From an uncultured Bacilli bacterium (GTDB lineage Bacteria > Bacillota_I > Bacilli_A > RF39 > UBA660): 64,000 nt of DNA. Shown here piece by piece: positions 55,568 through 64,000 of this stretch (the first letter of the stretch is position 1; every line of letters starts with the position of its first letter). Made by a program: the position numbers and the translations under genes. The DNA is taken from NCBI GenBank assembly GCA_947625505.1, contig CANQON010000003.1:35571-99570 (forward strand), in the 5' to 3' direction. The notes beneath the pieces are model-generated. The model was not told the DNA's origin, did not search any database, and was given only the letters and a program-made list of their open reading frames with translations.

Positions 55568-57601
55568 ATGAGCCAAAAAGATGATATTAGAGATCTCGCT
55601 AGACAACTTGGTATAGATAGTGGAAGTAGTTCATCAGAATTAGATCAGCTAAAAAAAATAGCTGAATCTGTAGGTATGAGTTCATATAATGGTATATCTA
55701 ATGCTGATACTGATGAGTTGCAAAATAGACTAAGAAATTTATCTAGAGAACGTGACTTAAAAAAACAAGCAGAGAATGCTTCTAATGGACGTGCTGTACC
55801 AAGGAATAATTATAAGAATGGTTTAGGTAATCATAATAGCAACAATAATAGCTCAAATATTAGTCCACAAGCTGTAGGAAATCAAGATCGAAGTGCAGCT
55901 GAAGCTGCTTCTATTAATGCAGCTAATGCTAAAAGAAAAATTGCTAATTTGAAGATGGCAGCAGCCCAAGAAATTATTAAAAAATATGCCGCAGCTCATG
56001 GAGTACCAGAAGGTGTTACTCAAAAAGCAATGGATTCTAAAGCTGGACAAAAAATAATGGATAAGGCTTTAAATAAAAAAAGCCTAGGTAGAAGAGCTTT
56101 TGATAAGATAATGAGTCGTGGCGATGATAAACCTGATAAGCCAGATTCTGAAAAAACAGTTGATGAGAAAAGTAGAGATGAAGAACAAAAAAGATTACAA
56201 GATGGGGAAATTAATTTTGCTTTACCATTAAAAGTTATTAAGTGGTTGGTAATTATCACACCAATGATTTCTTTGGTTTTGTTTTTCTTATTAATAATTG
56301 TATCTGCTTTAAATGATGAGAAAGCATCATCAATGATTTTAGCAGGTATGGCTTCTAGCTCAAAGAAAGAATTATTATCTGAAGTTGGAAGAGGAGATTC
56401 CAGTATTACTGAGTTAGCAATTGGTAAGGGAAATGGGGATTTTCCAGATGAATATTACAAGCGACTTGAGTCATTAGGAAATGTTTATTCTTCACAAAAA
56501 CAATGTGAGGGTGATGAATGTTTAGAACGTGACGAGTTTCTATATTATTTAAAAATAGCGGATATTAATTTAAGATATAAGAATAAATATCATGTTGATT
56601 TAGATTGGTATTTAATTGCGGCAACTGATTTATATTTTGCTGAGTCAACTGAAGATACAATGCGTGCTAATTTAAGTAGTTATAATAAAGATACTGTTGA
56701 AGATTATAGTACGTTATCTGAATTAGATTGGGATAATGATTTTACTAAGATGCCAGGATACCAATATTTAGATGCTAATGATTCTAGATATGATTTAAAT
56801 ATCTTAGCTAAAAACATGGTAAAAAAGAAGACAATACAAACTTGTTCTGATGGAAATAGTGTTGTTAAAACACAAGAAGATGAAGATGTTGAAGACATGT
56901 ATTTCGAGTTAGGTGGAGAAAAACGCCTAAGTTGTGGTTCAGGTCAAAAATATAATATTTCAAGCACTTATACTTTAGATAAAGATAAATATGATGAATT
57001 TATGCTTGAATATATTGATAAAAAAATGATGACACCTGGAACAGGTAGTGGTAATCATCATAGTGTAAGTGGTAATAGTTTATCTAATGCTTTTGTTAAT
57101 TTAGCTGTTGATCAGTTGAATGATCCTTCAGCTAAAGGAGGAGAAAAATATTGGCGTCATATGGGATGGACTTATCGTGTTGCTTGGTGTGCTGCTTTTG
57201 TTTCATGGAATATTGCTAATACCGTTCATGATGGAGTTCCTTTAAGTGATATTATTAAAAAACAAACATCAGCCGTATATGAATTTATGAATTATTTTTA
57301 TCAAAGTAGTGATTCAAATATTCAATTTTACTATAATGATAATTGTTCAAGGCTAAAAGGAAAAAATGGTAGTGGTACTTATACACCAAAAGAAGGAGAC
57401 TTAATATTCTTTGATTGGGAACAAACATGGGATGCTAAAATGCCTACTTGTTGGGGATGTGGGCCAGATCATGTTGGCATTGTTCAAAGAGTAGAAAATG
57501 ATAATATTATTACTATTGAAGGTAATTCAAGCGATGCAGTTAATGAAAGAAGTTATCCAATTACTAGTTGTAAAGTAATTGGCTTTGGATCTTGGTATTA
57601 G
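55568..57601 (+). CDS. T4SS-associated cell-wall hydrolase: long cytoplasmic N-region, TM, C-terminal CHAP domain (VirB1 analogue)
   Basis: TM segment VIKWLVIITPMISLVLFFLLIIVSAL. CHAP catalytic pattern AWCAAFVSW ... GDLIFFDW ... PDHVGIVQ ... IEGNS. Confidence 0.75.
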   Translation: MSQKDDIRDLARQLGIDSGSSSSELDQLKKIAESVGMSSYNGISNADTDELQNRLRNLSRERDLKKQAENASNGRAVPRNNYKNGLGNHNSNNNSSNISPQAVGNQDRSAAEAASINAANAKRKIANLKMAAAQEIIKKYAAAHGVPEGVTQKAMDSKAGQKIMDKALNKKSLGRRAFDKIMSRGDDKPDKPDSEKTVDEKSRDEEQKRLQDGEINFALPLKVIKWLVIITPMISLVLFFLLIIVSALNDEKASSMILAGMASSSKKELLSEVGRGDSSITELAIGKGNGDFPDEYYKRLESLGNVYSSQKQCEGDECLERDEFLYYLKIADINLRYKNKYHVDLDWYLIAATDLYFAESTEDTMRANLSSYNKDTVEDYSTLSELDWDNDFTKMPGYQYLDANDSRYDLNILAKNMVKKKTIQTCSDGNSVVKTQEDEDVEDMYFELGGEKRLSCGSGQKYNISSTYTLDKDKYDEFMLEYIDKKMMTPGTGSGNHHSVSGNSLSNAFVNLAVDQLNDPSAKGGEKYWRHMGWTYRVAWCAAFVSWNIANTVHDGVPLSDIIKKQTSAVYEFMNYFYQSSDSNIQFYYNDNCSRLKGKNGSGTYTPKEGDLIFFDWEQTWDAKMPTCWGCGPDHVGIVQRVENDNIITIEGNSSDAVNERSYPITSCKVIGFGSWY

Positions 57602-57610
57602 GAGGCAAAT

Positions 57611-58288
57611 ATGAAGAAAAAATTATTTTTAATAATCTTTGTACTCTTATTAACGGGATGTACAAGTCAATATAATATAAATATTAGTAATGATAAAATA
57701 GAAGAAGAAATAGTTTCTAATATTTTAGTACAAGATATTCCTGTTCAATCAACTGCTGAGATACAAGCTGGTATTGAACTAGATGATCAAGTAACTCCTT
57801 TTATTGAAGACGATCAATATCCTTTCATTGATGATGAAAAGGAAAAATATAATAAGACAGTTGAGAAGAAAACAACTCAAACAATTGTTAAATTAAATTA
57901 TAATTATACTTTTGATGAATATCGAAGATCTAGAGTATACAATACTTGCTTTCAAAATAAAGAATTAGTAGAAAATAAAAATGATTATTCCTTAAATTTT
58001 GGAGGTAAATTTTATTGTTTATATGGTGATGAATTAAAAGTAAATATAAAAACAAAAAATAAAGTTTTATATAATAATGCCGATGAAGTAAAAGGAAATA
58101 CTTATACTTGGATTATTAATAAAGATAATCTTAATAAAGTAAATATTTCTATGCAAATATCTAAAACACCTGCCGTTGTTACTTCTGTAGCAATGATTAT
58201 TATTGGCATAGTAGGTGTTATATTAATAGCTTTTGGTTTCGTTGCTTATAAAAATATTAAGAATCGTGAAAGTGTCAATGAAATATGA
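57611..58288 (+). CDS. Lipoprotein with C-terminal TM anchor (paralog 1)
   Basis: Lipobox LLLTGC. Shares QYN(I/V), NAD.V.GNTY.W and the C-terminal TM plus basic tail with 59664..60350. Confidence 0.6.
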   Translation: MKKKLFLIIFVLLLTGCTSQYNINISNDKIEEEIVSNILVQDIPVQSTAEIQAGIELDDQVTPFIEDDQYPFIDDEKEKYNKTVEKKTTQTIVKLNYNYTFDEYRRSRVYNTCFQNKELVENKNDYSLNFGGKFYCLYGDELKVNIKTKNKVLYNNADEVKGNTYTWIINKDNLNKVNISMQISKTPAVVTSVAMIIIGIVGVILIAFGFVAYKNIKNRESVNEI

Positions 58289-58302
58289 TGTGAGGTGTAA
58301 AA

Positions 58303-59655
58303 ATGAAAAAGATAGTAAAAACTTTAGTGCTAATAATTTGTCTTTGTGTTCTTATGCCTACATCTTCAACAGCTTATGAATTTGATTCTAAAAACAAAGA
58401 ACAATCTGCTAAGATAACACGTAGCGAAATATATGAATTGTATAATTTATATAAAGATATATTGATAACACCAAAGTCTTCTAATTTTGGAGTTATTGGC
58501 TATAATGGAGTTTGTAGCACAGTTAATGTAAATGGAACAAGTGTACCACTTGATGATTATATTGCTGGTGTTGTAAAAAGAGAGTTAGGTAGTGGTTCTA
58601 TTGAAGTTTTAAAAGCTCAAGCGATAGCTGCTCGTTCCTTTTTACTATATCAAAAGAGAAATAGTTCAGATTGTAGTGTAGTTAATGGACAATCTTTTCA
58701 AGCTTATGCTGGTGTTGATGAATCAAATCCTAGTGATCAAGTATATTTTCAAGCTGCTAGAGAAACTTCTGGTATGGTAGTTAGCCGTAATGGAGCTATT
58801 GCTAATACCCAGTATCAATCATATCCTGCTGGACAATTTCAAACAGAGGATAGTAGTGGATGGCATGTAAAGTTTCAAAGATGGTCTGATGATCCATCAT
58901 CTACATGGACTTGGAATGGGCCTCCAAAAGCAACTGTAAAATCTATATCGTCAGGAGTTGAGATGGATTATAATAACGCTCATAACTGGGGTATGAGTCA
59001 AACTATAGCGCGATATCTTGCTAATGCTGAGGGATATACATATCAAAAAATCATTGAGTTATTTTATGCTGAACCAATTGTAACTTTGTCTGATGGTAAT
59101 TATTCTGGTAATATAACTTATTTAGATTCTGATTTTGGACAAATTACATATTTTAATCAAGGAGATTATCCAAATTATTACTATTCAGAAGATCCATTAA
59201 ATTCTAATAAATATGGAGGTACTATAAAAAGTCATGGTTGTGGTCCTACATCAGCTGCTATTGTTGCATCTAGCATATTGAAAAAAAATATCGATCCTGT
59301 AACTATGACCCAAAAGGTATGTTTACGTGGAGGATGTACTAGTAGTGGATCTTATAATGATAAATTAGGTGAAACACTTAGTGGAGACTATGGATTAAGT
59401 GTAAAAATGAGTAATAGTGATCAAGAAGTAATTAATGCCTTAGGTTCTGGTAATTCATTAGTTATTGTTTTAATGGGACCTGGTACATTTACTACAGGAG
59501 GACATTTTATTGTTTTAACAGGAGTTAACTCTAGTGGACAAGTATCTGTTGCTGATCCTGCTAGTAGAGATAGAACTAATACTAAATGGTTTTCATTTAA
59601 TACAATCGTAGAACAAAGAAAAACTTATGCTAATTATACGATTGTTTCAAGATAG
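58303..59655 (+). CDS. Secreted bifunctional wall hydrolase-like protein: SpoIID/LytB domain + C39-like cysteine peptidase domain
   Basis: Signal peptide present. SpoIID signature DYIAGVVKRELGSGSIEVLKAQAIAARSF. C-terminal SHGCGPTSAAIVAS ... GGHFIVLTGV (papain-like Cys/His). Confidence 0.65.
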   Translation: MKKIVKTLVLIICLCVLMPTSSTAYEFDSKNKEQSAKITRSEIYELYNLYKDILITPKSSNFGVIGYNGVCSTVNVNGTSVPLDDYIAGVVKRELGSGSIEVLKAQAIAARSFLLYQKRNSSDCSVVNGQSFQAYAGVDESNPSDQVYFQAARETSGMVVSRNGAIANTQYQSYPAGQFQTEDSSGWHVKFQRWSDDPSSTWTWNGPPKATVKSISSGVEMDYNNAHNWGMSQTIARYLANAEGYTYQKIIELFYAEPIVTLSDGNYSGNITYLDSDFGQITYFNQGDYPNYYYSEDPLNSNKYGGTIKSHGCGPTSAAIVASSILKKNIDPVTMTQKVCLRGGCTSSGSYNDKLGETLSGDYGLSVKMSNSDQEVINALGSGNSLVIVLMGPGTFTTGGHFIVLTGVNSSGQVSVADPASRDRTNTKWFSFNTIVEQRKTYANYTIVSR

Positions 59656-59663
59656 GTGATAGA

Positions 59664-60350
59664 ATGAAAAAAATATTTATTATAGCTGCATTGATGCTTT
59701 TATGTGTCGGTTGCGAAGCTCAATATAATGTTGAAATAAAAGATGACGGAACAGTTAAAGAAACTTTAAGAGCTATTGAAGATAAAGATTTCTTTGAAGA
59801 GTATGAAAAATCATCCACAGGTAGAGTTGTATCATTTATATTAGAGCCATATTTAAATGAGTTAAATAATAATAAATATGAAGTAAAGAATGATATAGCT
59901 GAAGATCATGGTGGAGTAGTTATTACAAGAAACTATTCTAGCATTGAGACATATATCAATAGCACAATCTTATCAAGTCAATTTACGGACAAGGTTAATT
60001 TTGAAAAAGATAGTCATACAGTAACTATTACAGCAAAAGGAGCTTTTTCAAAAGATGAACAAAATCAAGATAAGATACCTGTAGATGAAGGAATTATTTC
60101 AATTACCATTCCTTATAAGGTTAAAGAACATAATGCCGATAGAGTAGATGGCAATACTTACATTTGGGAGTTTAGTGCTGTTGATTCAGAAGACGAAGAG
60201 TTAAAAATTGTCTATGATGATTCCAAATTAAGTGGTAAAAATAATTATTTACTTATTGGAACTATTGGTGGTATTATTATCTTGTTAGTTGGAGGCTTTT
60301 TGATGTATAATGTTATAAGAAGCCGTAGAGCTAATGCTAATAAGATTTAA
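59664..60350 (+). CDS. Lipoprotein with C-terminal TM anchor (paralog 2)
   Basis: Lipobox LLCVGC. Same layout as 57611..58288. Confidence 0.6.
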   Translation: MKKIFIIAALMLLCVGCEAQYNVEIKDDGTVKETLRAIEDKDFFEEYEKSSTGRVVSFILEPYLNELNNNKYEVKNDIAEDHGGVVITRNYSSIETYINSTILSSQFTDKVNFEKDSHTVTITAKGAFSKDEQNQDKIPVDEGIISITIPYKVKEHNADRVDGNTYIWEFSAVDSEDEELKIVYDDSKLSGKNNYLLIGTIGGIIILLVGGFLMYNVIRSRRANANKI

Positions 60351-60367
60351 CATGGAGGTGTGTCATT

Positions 60368-62521
60368 TTGAAACTCAAATTTAGAGCAGATACAAAAGAT
60401 GTAGTCATCTTTTGCATATTTTCAGCAGTTTTATTTTTCTTAATATGTTTAGCAGTTTCAAATTTAGGAACATTTATATCTAGTAATACTTTTTCAGGAT
60501 TAAATATTATTCCTGCTCTTACTAAGTATTTATACGTAACTATATTATTATTTATAGTAGCTATTGTAGCCATGTTCTTAAGTGTTCAATCTTGGTTTAT
60601 TGAACGTGAAGAAGGATTTGGAATACAAATAGGTGCTAAAAAAGAGAAGAATTATTCTCGTTGGGCTAAAGATAAAGAAATTCAAAAAGATAATGATGTA
60701 GTAGCCGTTGATCCATTATCACCAAAAGCTGATGCAGGTGGAATTCCACTTATGATGAACCCTAAAAAAGTATGGGTTGATAATGGTGGATATCATAACT
60801 TAGTAATAGGTTCTACTGGTGCTGGTAAAACACAAACAACCGTATTACCAATGGTTAACTTATTAGCTAAGCATGATGAATCAATGATTATTACGGACCC
60901 TAAAGGTGAAATATATGAACAAACTTCTAATTATTTAAGAAGTTTAGGTTATAATATTGTTTTACTTAACTTCCGTGATCCTCAACAAGGTAATAGTTGG
61001 AATCCAATGTATTTACCATATTCTTTATATAAAGATAATAAAATTGATAAGTCTATTGAGTTATTAGAGGACTTAGCTGCTAATATCTTAAAAGATCCTA
61101 CAGCTAAAGGACAAGATCCTTTCTGGGAAAATACTTCAGCTGACTATTTTGCAGGTTTAGCTTTTGCTTTATTTGAAGATGGTGATGAAAATCAAATTAA
61201 CTTAAATAGTATTAACTTAATGACAACTGTTGGAGAAGAAAAGTTAGCTAATACAACTTATATAAAAGAATACTTTAGTTTTAAAGATCCTGCTAGTACA
61301 GCTTATATTAAAGCATCATCTACATTGATGGCCCCAAATGAAACAAAAGGATCAATCCTTTCTGTATTTAAACAAAGAGTTCAATTGTTTGCATCTCGTA
61401 CTAATTTATCTGAGATGTTAGCAAATAATGACTTTGATATGCGTGATATTGGTCGTAAAAAGACAGCTGTATTCATTGTAATACAAGATGAAAAAACGAC
61501 ATATCATACTTTAGTAACAATTTTCTTAAAGCAATGTTATGAAACACTTATTTCTGTTGCTCAAGAAAGTGGAGGAAAATTACCTCATCGTACAAACTTT
61601 ATATTGGATGAGTTTGCGAACATGCCACCTTTAAAGGATGTTACAACCATGGTAACAGCTGCTCGTTCAAGAAATATTCGTTTTACGTTCATTATCCAGA
61701 ACTTTTCACAATTATATGAAGTATATGGAAAAGAAAATGGTGAAACTATTAAAGGTAACTGTGGTAACATTATTTACTTAATTAGTACTGAATTAAGTGC
61801 TCTTGAAGAAATAAGTAAAATGTGTGGTGAAGTAAAATCAAAAGAAAAAGAAAAGACTTCTTCAACACCATTAGTTACAGTTAGTGATTTACAACGTTTG
61901 GAACAATGGTCAACTATTATTCTTCGTATAAGAATGATGCCATTTAAGACTAAGTTAACACCAAACTTTAAAATGGATTGGGGACATAGTTTCCCTAAAG
62001 CAGAATATCCACATCGTCAAGAAATACCAGTTAATATTTTCGATTTAAAAACTTTTGTTGAAAAGAAAAGAGAAGAAAAAATTAATAAGTTAATTGGTGG
62101 AGAAGGAGGAGCTCCTGCTGGTGGAGGAGTAATTCCACCTACACCTTTTGGTAATGGTACACCTAGTAGTCCATTCTCTTCAAGACCAATTCCTCCAAGT
62201 ACTCCTAAACCATTTGGTGGAGATAGTCAAGCTAATGGTGGATTAAATCTTGATAATTTAGTAAAGAGAATTGATGAAAAAATTGCGGAGATGGAAAAAG
62301 AGGATAAAATGCGTGAAGAAGCTGAAAAGCAAGGCACTATACCTGGAAGTATTGCTAAAGAACCAGTAGATAGTAAACCTACTATGGGAGCACCTGAAAT
62401 TCCAGGACCTATTCCTCAAGCACCAAAACCAATGGTTGAACCAAAGCAATCATTTGTTCCTGATAAACAAGAGGGAATTAGTGATGATCAATTCTTTGAT
62501 GATTTCTTTGGAGACGATTAA
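60368..62521 (+). CDS. VirD4/TraG-type type IV coupling protein with Pro/Gly-rich acidic C-terminal tail
   Basis: TTG start with RBS GGAGGTG. Two N-terminal TMs. Walker A VIGSTGAGKTQTTV, Walker B NFILDEFANMPP. The tail ends DDQFFDDFFGDD. Confidence 0.85.
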   Translation: MKLKFRADTKDVVIFCIFSAVLFFLICLAVSNLGTFISSNTFSGLNIIPALTKYLYVTILLFIVAIVAMFLSVQSWFIEREEGFGIQIGAKKEKNYSRWAKDKEIQKDNDVVAVDPLSPKADAGGIPLMMNPKKVWVDNGGYHNLVIGSTGAGKTQTTVLPMVNLLAKHDESMIITDPKGEIYEQTSNYLRSLGYNIVLLNFRDPQQGNSWNPMYLPYSLYKDNKIDKSIELLEDLAANILKDPTAKGQDPFWENTSADYFAGLAFALFEDGDENQINLNSINLMTTVGEEKLANTTYIKEYFSFKDPASTAYIKASSTLMAPNETKGSILSVFKQRVQLFASRTNLSEMLANNDFDMRDIGRKKTAVFIVIQDEKTTYHTLVTIFLKQCYETLISVAQESGGKLPHRTNFILDEFANMPPLKDVTTMVTAARSRNIRFTFIIQNFSQLYEVYGKENGETIKGNCGNIIYLISTELSALEEISKMCGEVKSKEKEKTSSTPLVTVSDLQRLEQWSTIILRIRMMPFKTKLTPNFKMDWGHSFPKAEYPHRQEIPVNIFDLKTFVEKKREEKINKLIGGEGGAPAGGGVIPPTPFGNGTPSSPFSSRPIPPSTPKPFGGDSQANGGLNLDNLVKRIDEKIAEMEKEDKMREEAEKQGTIPGSIAKEPVDSKPTMGAPEIPGPIPQAPKPMVEPKQSFVPDKQEGISDDQFFDDFFGDD

Positions 62522-62548
62522 AAATAGCTATATAGCTATTTTTTTTAA
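62522..62548 (+). terminator. Intrinsic terminator closing the block
   Basis: AAATAGCTATATAGCTATTT palindromic hairpin followed by TTTTTT. Confidence 0.75.
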
Positions 62549-62595
62549 TATTTGATATTATATATGATATAATTTAATTAGAACTAGGTGATAAT

Positions 62596-63015
62596 ATGAT
62601 TTATTTTTGGATATCATTGGTTGTTGTTTTAACATTTATTGAAGCTATCACTGTTAATTTAACAACTATTTGGTTTGTAGCGAGTGGTTTAGTAGCGCTT
62701 CTTATTTCTTTTGTTACAGATAATGTTTTCATTCAATTTGGTGTCTTTAGTGTATTAGGTGTTGCTTTTCTAATACTTACTAAACCAATATTAGAGAAGT
62801 GGATGAAAAAAGCTGATGAGAAAACGAATTTAGATCGCATTCTTGATATGAAAGGATTAGTTACCGAGACAATAACTCCTTCAATGACAGGAGAAGTAAA
62901 AGTTGATGGTAAGTTATGGACTGCTATAGCCAAAGAAAATCTTAAAAAGGGTGATTTTGTTCGTATTCTAAAAATAGATGGTGTTAAACTCATAGTTGAA
63001 AAGTGGGAGGATTAA
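62596..63015 (+). CDS. NfeD-family membrane protein
   Basis: Three N-terminal TMs plus a C-terminal OB-like segment (GEVKVDGKLWTAIAKENLKKGDFVRILKIDGVKLIVE). Directly upstream of an SPFH gene, the classic pairing. Confidence 0.75.
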   Translation: MIYFWISLVVVLTFIEAITVNLTTIWFVASGLVALLISFVTDNVFIQFGVFSVLGVAFLILTKPILEKWMKKADEKTNLDRILDMKGLVTETITPSMTGEVKVDGKLWTAIAKENLKKGDFVRILKIDGVKLIVEKWED

Positions 63016-63017
63016 AT

Positions 63018-63938
63018 ATGGATTTTTTAATTATTATTATCGTATTAGCTTGTGTACTTATCATACCTAATGTCAAAATAGTTCCTCAAGCTAGAGTATA
63101 TGTTATTGAAAGATTAGGATCTTATTATAAGACATGGAATAATGGATTACATTTTAAAATACCATTTGTTGATAGGATTGCTAATGTAGTGACATTAAAA
63201 GAGATTGTACAAGATTTTCCACCACAACCTGTTATTACTAAAGATAATGTAACTATGCAAATAGATACCGTAGTATATTTACAAATTACGGATGCTAAAT
63301 TATTTACTTATGGTGTTGAAAGTCCTATGAACGCTATTGAAAATTTAACAGCGACAACTTTAAGAAACTTAATAGGAGAATTAGAGTTAGATCAAACTTT
63401 AACATCAAGAGATATTATTAATACTAAAATGCGTTCTATTTTGGATGAAGCTACAGATCCTTGGGGAATTAAAATAAATCGTGTTGAGGTTAAGAATATT
63501 ATTCCACCTCGTGATATACAAGAGGCTATGGAGAAACAAATGCGTGCTGAACGTGAAAGAAGAGAAAAAATTCTTCAAGCTGAAGGAGAGAAAAAATCTA
63601 GTATTTTAATTGCTGAAGGTGAAAAAGAAAGTGCTATTTTAAGAGCAGAAGCTAATCGTGAATCAAAGATACGCATTGCCGAAGGTGAGGCTGAAGCTAT
63701 GTTAAAATTAAAGGAAGCTGAAGCTAATGGTGTACGTATGCTAAAACAAGCTGAGGCTGATGGTATTAAATTATTAAAAGAAGCTGATGCTAATGATAAA
63801 GTTATTCGTTTAAAGAGTTTTGAGGCTTTAAATAATATAGCGCAAGGACAAGCTACTAAGATTATTTTACCTGCTGATTTACAAGGTGTTGCGACTTTTG
63901 GAACAACTTTAAAAGAAATGTTTGAAGAGAAAAAATAA
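63018..63938 (+). CDS. SPFH/band-7 (stomatin/slipin-like) protein
   Basis: N-terminal TM, then VKIVPQARVYVIERLGSYYKTWNNGLHFKIPFVDR ... TKDNVTMQIDTVVY ... and an EA-rich coiled C-terminus. Start is taken at the ATG at 63018 (RBS GGGAGG). Confidence 0.85.
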   Translation: MDFLIIIIVLACVLIIPNVKIVPQARVYVIERLGSYYKTWNNGLHFKIPFVDRIANVVTLKEIVQDFPPQPVITKDNVTMQIDTVVYLQITDAKLFTYGVESPMNAIENLTATTLRNLIGELELDQTLTSRDIINTKMRSILDEATDPWGIKINRVEVKNIIPPRDIQEAMEKQMRAERERREKILQAEGEKKSSILIAEGEKESAILRAEANRESKIRIAEGEAEAMLKLKEAEANGVRMLKQAEADGIKLLKEADANDKVIRLKSFEALNNIAQGQATKIILPADLQGVATFGTTLKEMFEEKK

Positions 63939-63963
63939 AAAGATTCATTTGAATCTTTTTTTG
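63938..63963 (+). terminator. Intrinsic terminator
   Basis: AAAGATTCA-TT-TGAATCTTT followed by TTTTGA. Confidence 0.7.
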
Positions 63964-64000
63964 ATTAGATAAGTAGGGTATAATATTATTTAGGAGATGA

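Noticed and set aside
592-62993. About 35 short (60-104 aa) ORFs in the supplied track that lie antisense to, or frame-shifted within, long well-supported genes. Examples: 592..834, 3006..3230, 7154..7384, 7717..7944, 8356..8571, 9802..10008, 15904..16198, 27869..28150, 29019..29297, 31322..31513, 31726..31926, 33887..34087, 36173..36701, 38626..38826, 40174..40428, 41422..41604, 45727..45927, 46695..46886, 47288..47488, 52353..53049, 55853..56259, 56704..56898, 60337..60573, 61585..61770, 62258..62449, 62733..62993.
   Set aside because: They have no RBS. Their products are low-complexity or compositionally odd (Cys/Leu/Phe/Ile-rich shadows of AT-rich coding DNA). Each is fully embedded in an ORF with clear family motifs.
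1-64000. Possibility that the organism uses genetic code 4 (TGA=Trp), given the Mollicute-like AT richness.
   Set aside because: TGA functions as a stop at sensible gene ends, for example 13021 and 53735 with ATGA coupling. All conserved proteins are full length under code 11, and no conserved domain is interrupted by TGA.

Overview
Low-GC monoderm (Bacillota-type) chromosomal window that reads cleanly with the standard bacterial code. The lineage cannot be verified here. 1-5.1 kb holds a small defence islet: an AIPR-like gene, an m5C DNA methyltransferase and a PD-(D/E)xK endonuclease. It ends at two perfect GC-containing palindromes and a 5'-truncated LysM amidase. 5.1-28.6 kb is mostly housekeeping and envelope genes: htpG with a CIRCE-overlapped consensus promoter, mntP, a RumA/RlmD-type methyltransferase, uppP, a GT39-like transferase, YfhO, scpAB and tRNA-Leu(CAA). 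These are interspersed with hypothetical genes, a WYL-SIS-ITPase operon and a candidate type I toxin-antitoxin next to the tRNA. 28.7-62.5 kb is a single same-strand block of about 34 kb and is the main candidate for a new system. It starts with two giant, paralogous, cysteine-rich secreted proteins. A complete monoderm-style Tad/Flp pilus set follows (CpaB-like, CpaF/TadA, TadB, TadC, an atypical Cys-rich Flp-like pilin, three TadE-like proteins, TadZ). That set runs directly into a Gram-positive type IV secretion core: six paralogs sharing a VirB2-like TM hairpin, VirB6-like, VirB3-like, a split VirB4, two cell-wall hydrolases, paired lipoproteins and a VirD4 coupling protein. No relaxase, integrase, transposase or replication gene is visible in the block, and core genes flank it (scpAB on the left, nfeD-SPFH on the right). 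All family calls come from motifs read by eye; no searches were run.
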